A DNA stretch of 63,870 bases, filler included, from Octopus bimaculoides (lineage: Eukaryota): NCBI RefSeq assembly GCF_001194135.2. It is 8 parts of 8 records of this genome, joined end to end, with 100 filler letters (N's around TTAATTAATTAA, not from the genome) between each part and the next. Parts side by side here need not be neighbours in the genome. Positions count along the whole stretch, not along the records: positions 59,504 to 63,870 come from NC_069000.1; 7 more parts are not named here. One strand, given 5' to 3'. The position numbers were made by a program, and so were the translations under genes. Positions 62,394-63,870 of the stretch are shown here, in pieces. The stretch's first letter is position 1, and every line of letters begins with the position of its first letter. The notes under the pieces are model-generated. The model was not told the origin of the DNA, ran no database searches, and saw only the letters and a program-made list of their open reading frames with translations.

Positions 62394-63000
62394 GTGTGTG
62401 CTTTTATCTAATGTCCAAGCATTAGCAAAAAATTACTTGATTTATGTATGAAAGTTTATTTATTTAACCAGAGCAAAGATTTCACTAGACCAAGGTTACA
62501 TGTTACTAACAGGTTCATTGGGAAATCCTATAATATTTACCACCCAAGCTGCTCAGCTGCAAAAAAAAAAAAATTAGAAATATTCTTAATTTTCTTTACC
62601 TGCTTCCCATAAACCCTTCTCTTTTAAGAAAGACTCATTTGATAAATGTAAAATAGGAGATATCACAAAATCTCCAGTGCCATATGATCAGCTTGAGACT
62701 TAAAATTTTTCGGCTATTTTCTGTTACTCTCTTCCACTCACAGGTGAGTTCAGTCAGCCAATTAAGACTGGCTGTACAAAACCTTAAGTTATATGATTGA
62801 AATAAAAATAAACACGCTTTTATTAGACTCTAACAGTGTTTTCTGAGGCTCACTAGAATGGTAGGAATCCATGCAAAATAATGGCAATCAGTTTTGAGTA
62901 AATTTTGATAAAGATGAAATACCATAGATAATATAGGAAGGTGTAAGAAAAAGGTGAAATCTGAAATGATGATGTTTATGAATTTTCTTTTTTTACATAC

Positions 63001-63156
63001 CTGGGTCTTAAGGAGTTCATTCTCAGCTAAAAGCTCTTCCTTTTCACTCCTTATCTTATTATATTTGTCTTCTTGTACTTGATAAGATTCTTCAGTTGCA
63101 TATGTTTTTGCAGTAAGGAAATCTATCTGTTCTTGCAGTTCCTTCTTTTCTTCTAC
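63001..63156 (-). CDS. Upstream coiled-coil (CC2) exon of the same NEMO/optineurin-family gene (52 codons, phase 0/0)
   Basis: Acceptor TTTTTTTTCAG, donor GTATGT; VEEKKELQEQIDFLTAKTYATEESYQVQEDKYNKIRSEKEELLAENELLKTQ. Confidence 0.85.
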
Positions 63157-63564
63157 CTGAAAAAAAAAGAGATAAAAAGAACAAAATTAAATATGAAAAT
63201 GTCTGAGAAAAGTTGTGTGTAAAAAGATTAAATTCATGATATCAAGAGGTTCAAAGTTCATTCAAGGCCCTGGTTTGGTTGTGAGGTTGCAAAATTTCTT
63301 TGCAACCACAAGATTTTTTATTTACTCCCACTGCACAGTACTTTCAGTGTTTTCTACTATACTCTTAGACCAACCAAAGCCTTACGAGTGAATTTTAGTA
63401 GATGGAACATGTATAGAAACCATTGTCATCCTCATCTTCATTATTTAACATCCATGTTCCATACTGGCATGGGTTATCTAGTACAACCCCTGGTCTTGCC
63501 AGTTCCTGTAAAACTGTCCAACCCAAGCCAGTATGGAAAATGGACATTAAATGTTGATGATAAT

Positions 63565-63870
63565 GTAGTTGGGGCACATTCTCATTCTCATAGCCACTCC
63601 CAAGACTTACTGGTAAAACTCCCCTGCGAACAAAAAGCAGTTGAAGGAGAGAACAAGTTCGACCTGAGGAAGAAGTGTGGACGTGTCAGGATGGGGGTTG
63701 AGTCAAAGGTCTAGGAAGTGTTTGAGGGCAAGAAGTCCTTCATTGAGTGGGATCATAAATAGATTCTTGATATCAAGAGTGAAGAAAAGTTTAGAGGGGC
63801 CAGGAGGGAAGGAGAAAGAGTTGAAAAGACGAAGAGCATGATCAGTGCCATGGATGCATAAGAGGAGGGA
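63565..63870 (-). mobile_element. Penelope-like RT fragment in the upstream intron
   Basis: LFFTLDIKNLF.IPLNEGLLALKHFL..DTSTLL..VELVLSFNCFLFAGEFYQ*VLGVAM resembles PLE RT LFTMDV.SLYT.IP..G / Y.Q..GVAMG. Confidence 0.8.

Overview
AT-rich, microsatellite- and transposon-dense animal genomic DNA with roughly 8 kb (~13%) of N gaps. The tRNA-derived SINE families and the N-flanked TTAATTAATTAA spacers suggest an octopus draft assembly (inference). Host-gene content is sparse and on the minus strand: two in-frame spliced exons (63156-63001, 61656-61399) of a NEMO/optineurin-type coiled-coil protein with a UBAN motif that has lost the conserved R/E pair, and a probable first coding exon (55685-55612) of a CYP3-like cytochrome P450. 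The rest is decayed LINEs (R4/Dong-like RLE, Tx1/L1, CR1, RTE, Penelope-like), Tc1/mariner/maT/Gambol-like DNA transposons, MITEs, SINEs and satellites. The most striking unexplained structure is a set of minimal type-I hammerhead ribozyme motifs: five canonical-core copies, one copy with a core mutation, and several decayed ones. Four of the canonical copies form divergent twin pairs in inverted-repeat units (3471-4116 with a 12-bp TSD; 40065-40501). Also notable are a 246-bp TG..CA solo-LTR-like insert that doubles as an exactly excisable GT-AG intron (42075-42324), a pile-up of three RLE-LINE 3' ends in (AAT)n tracts, and a near-perfect 660-bp fold-back (19082-19740). All calls are by eye; no database searches or folding programs were run.
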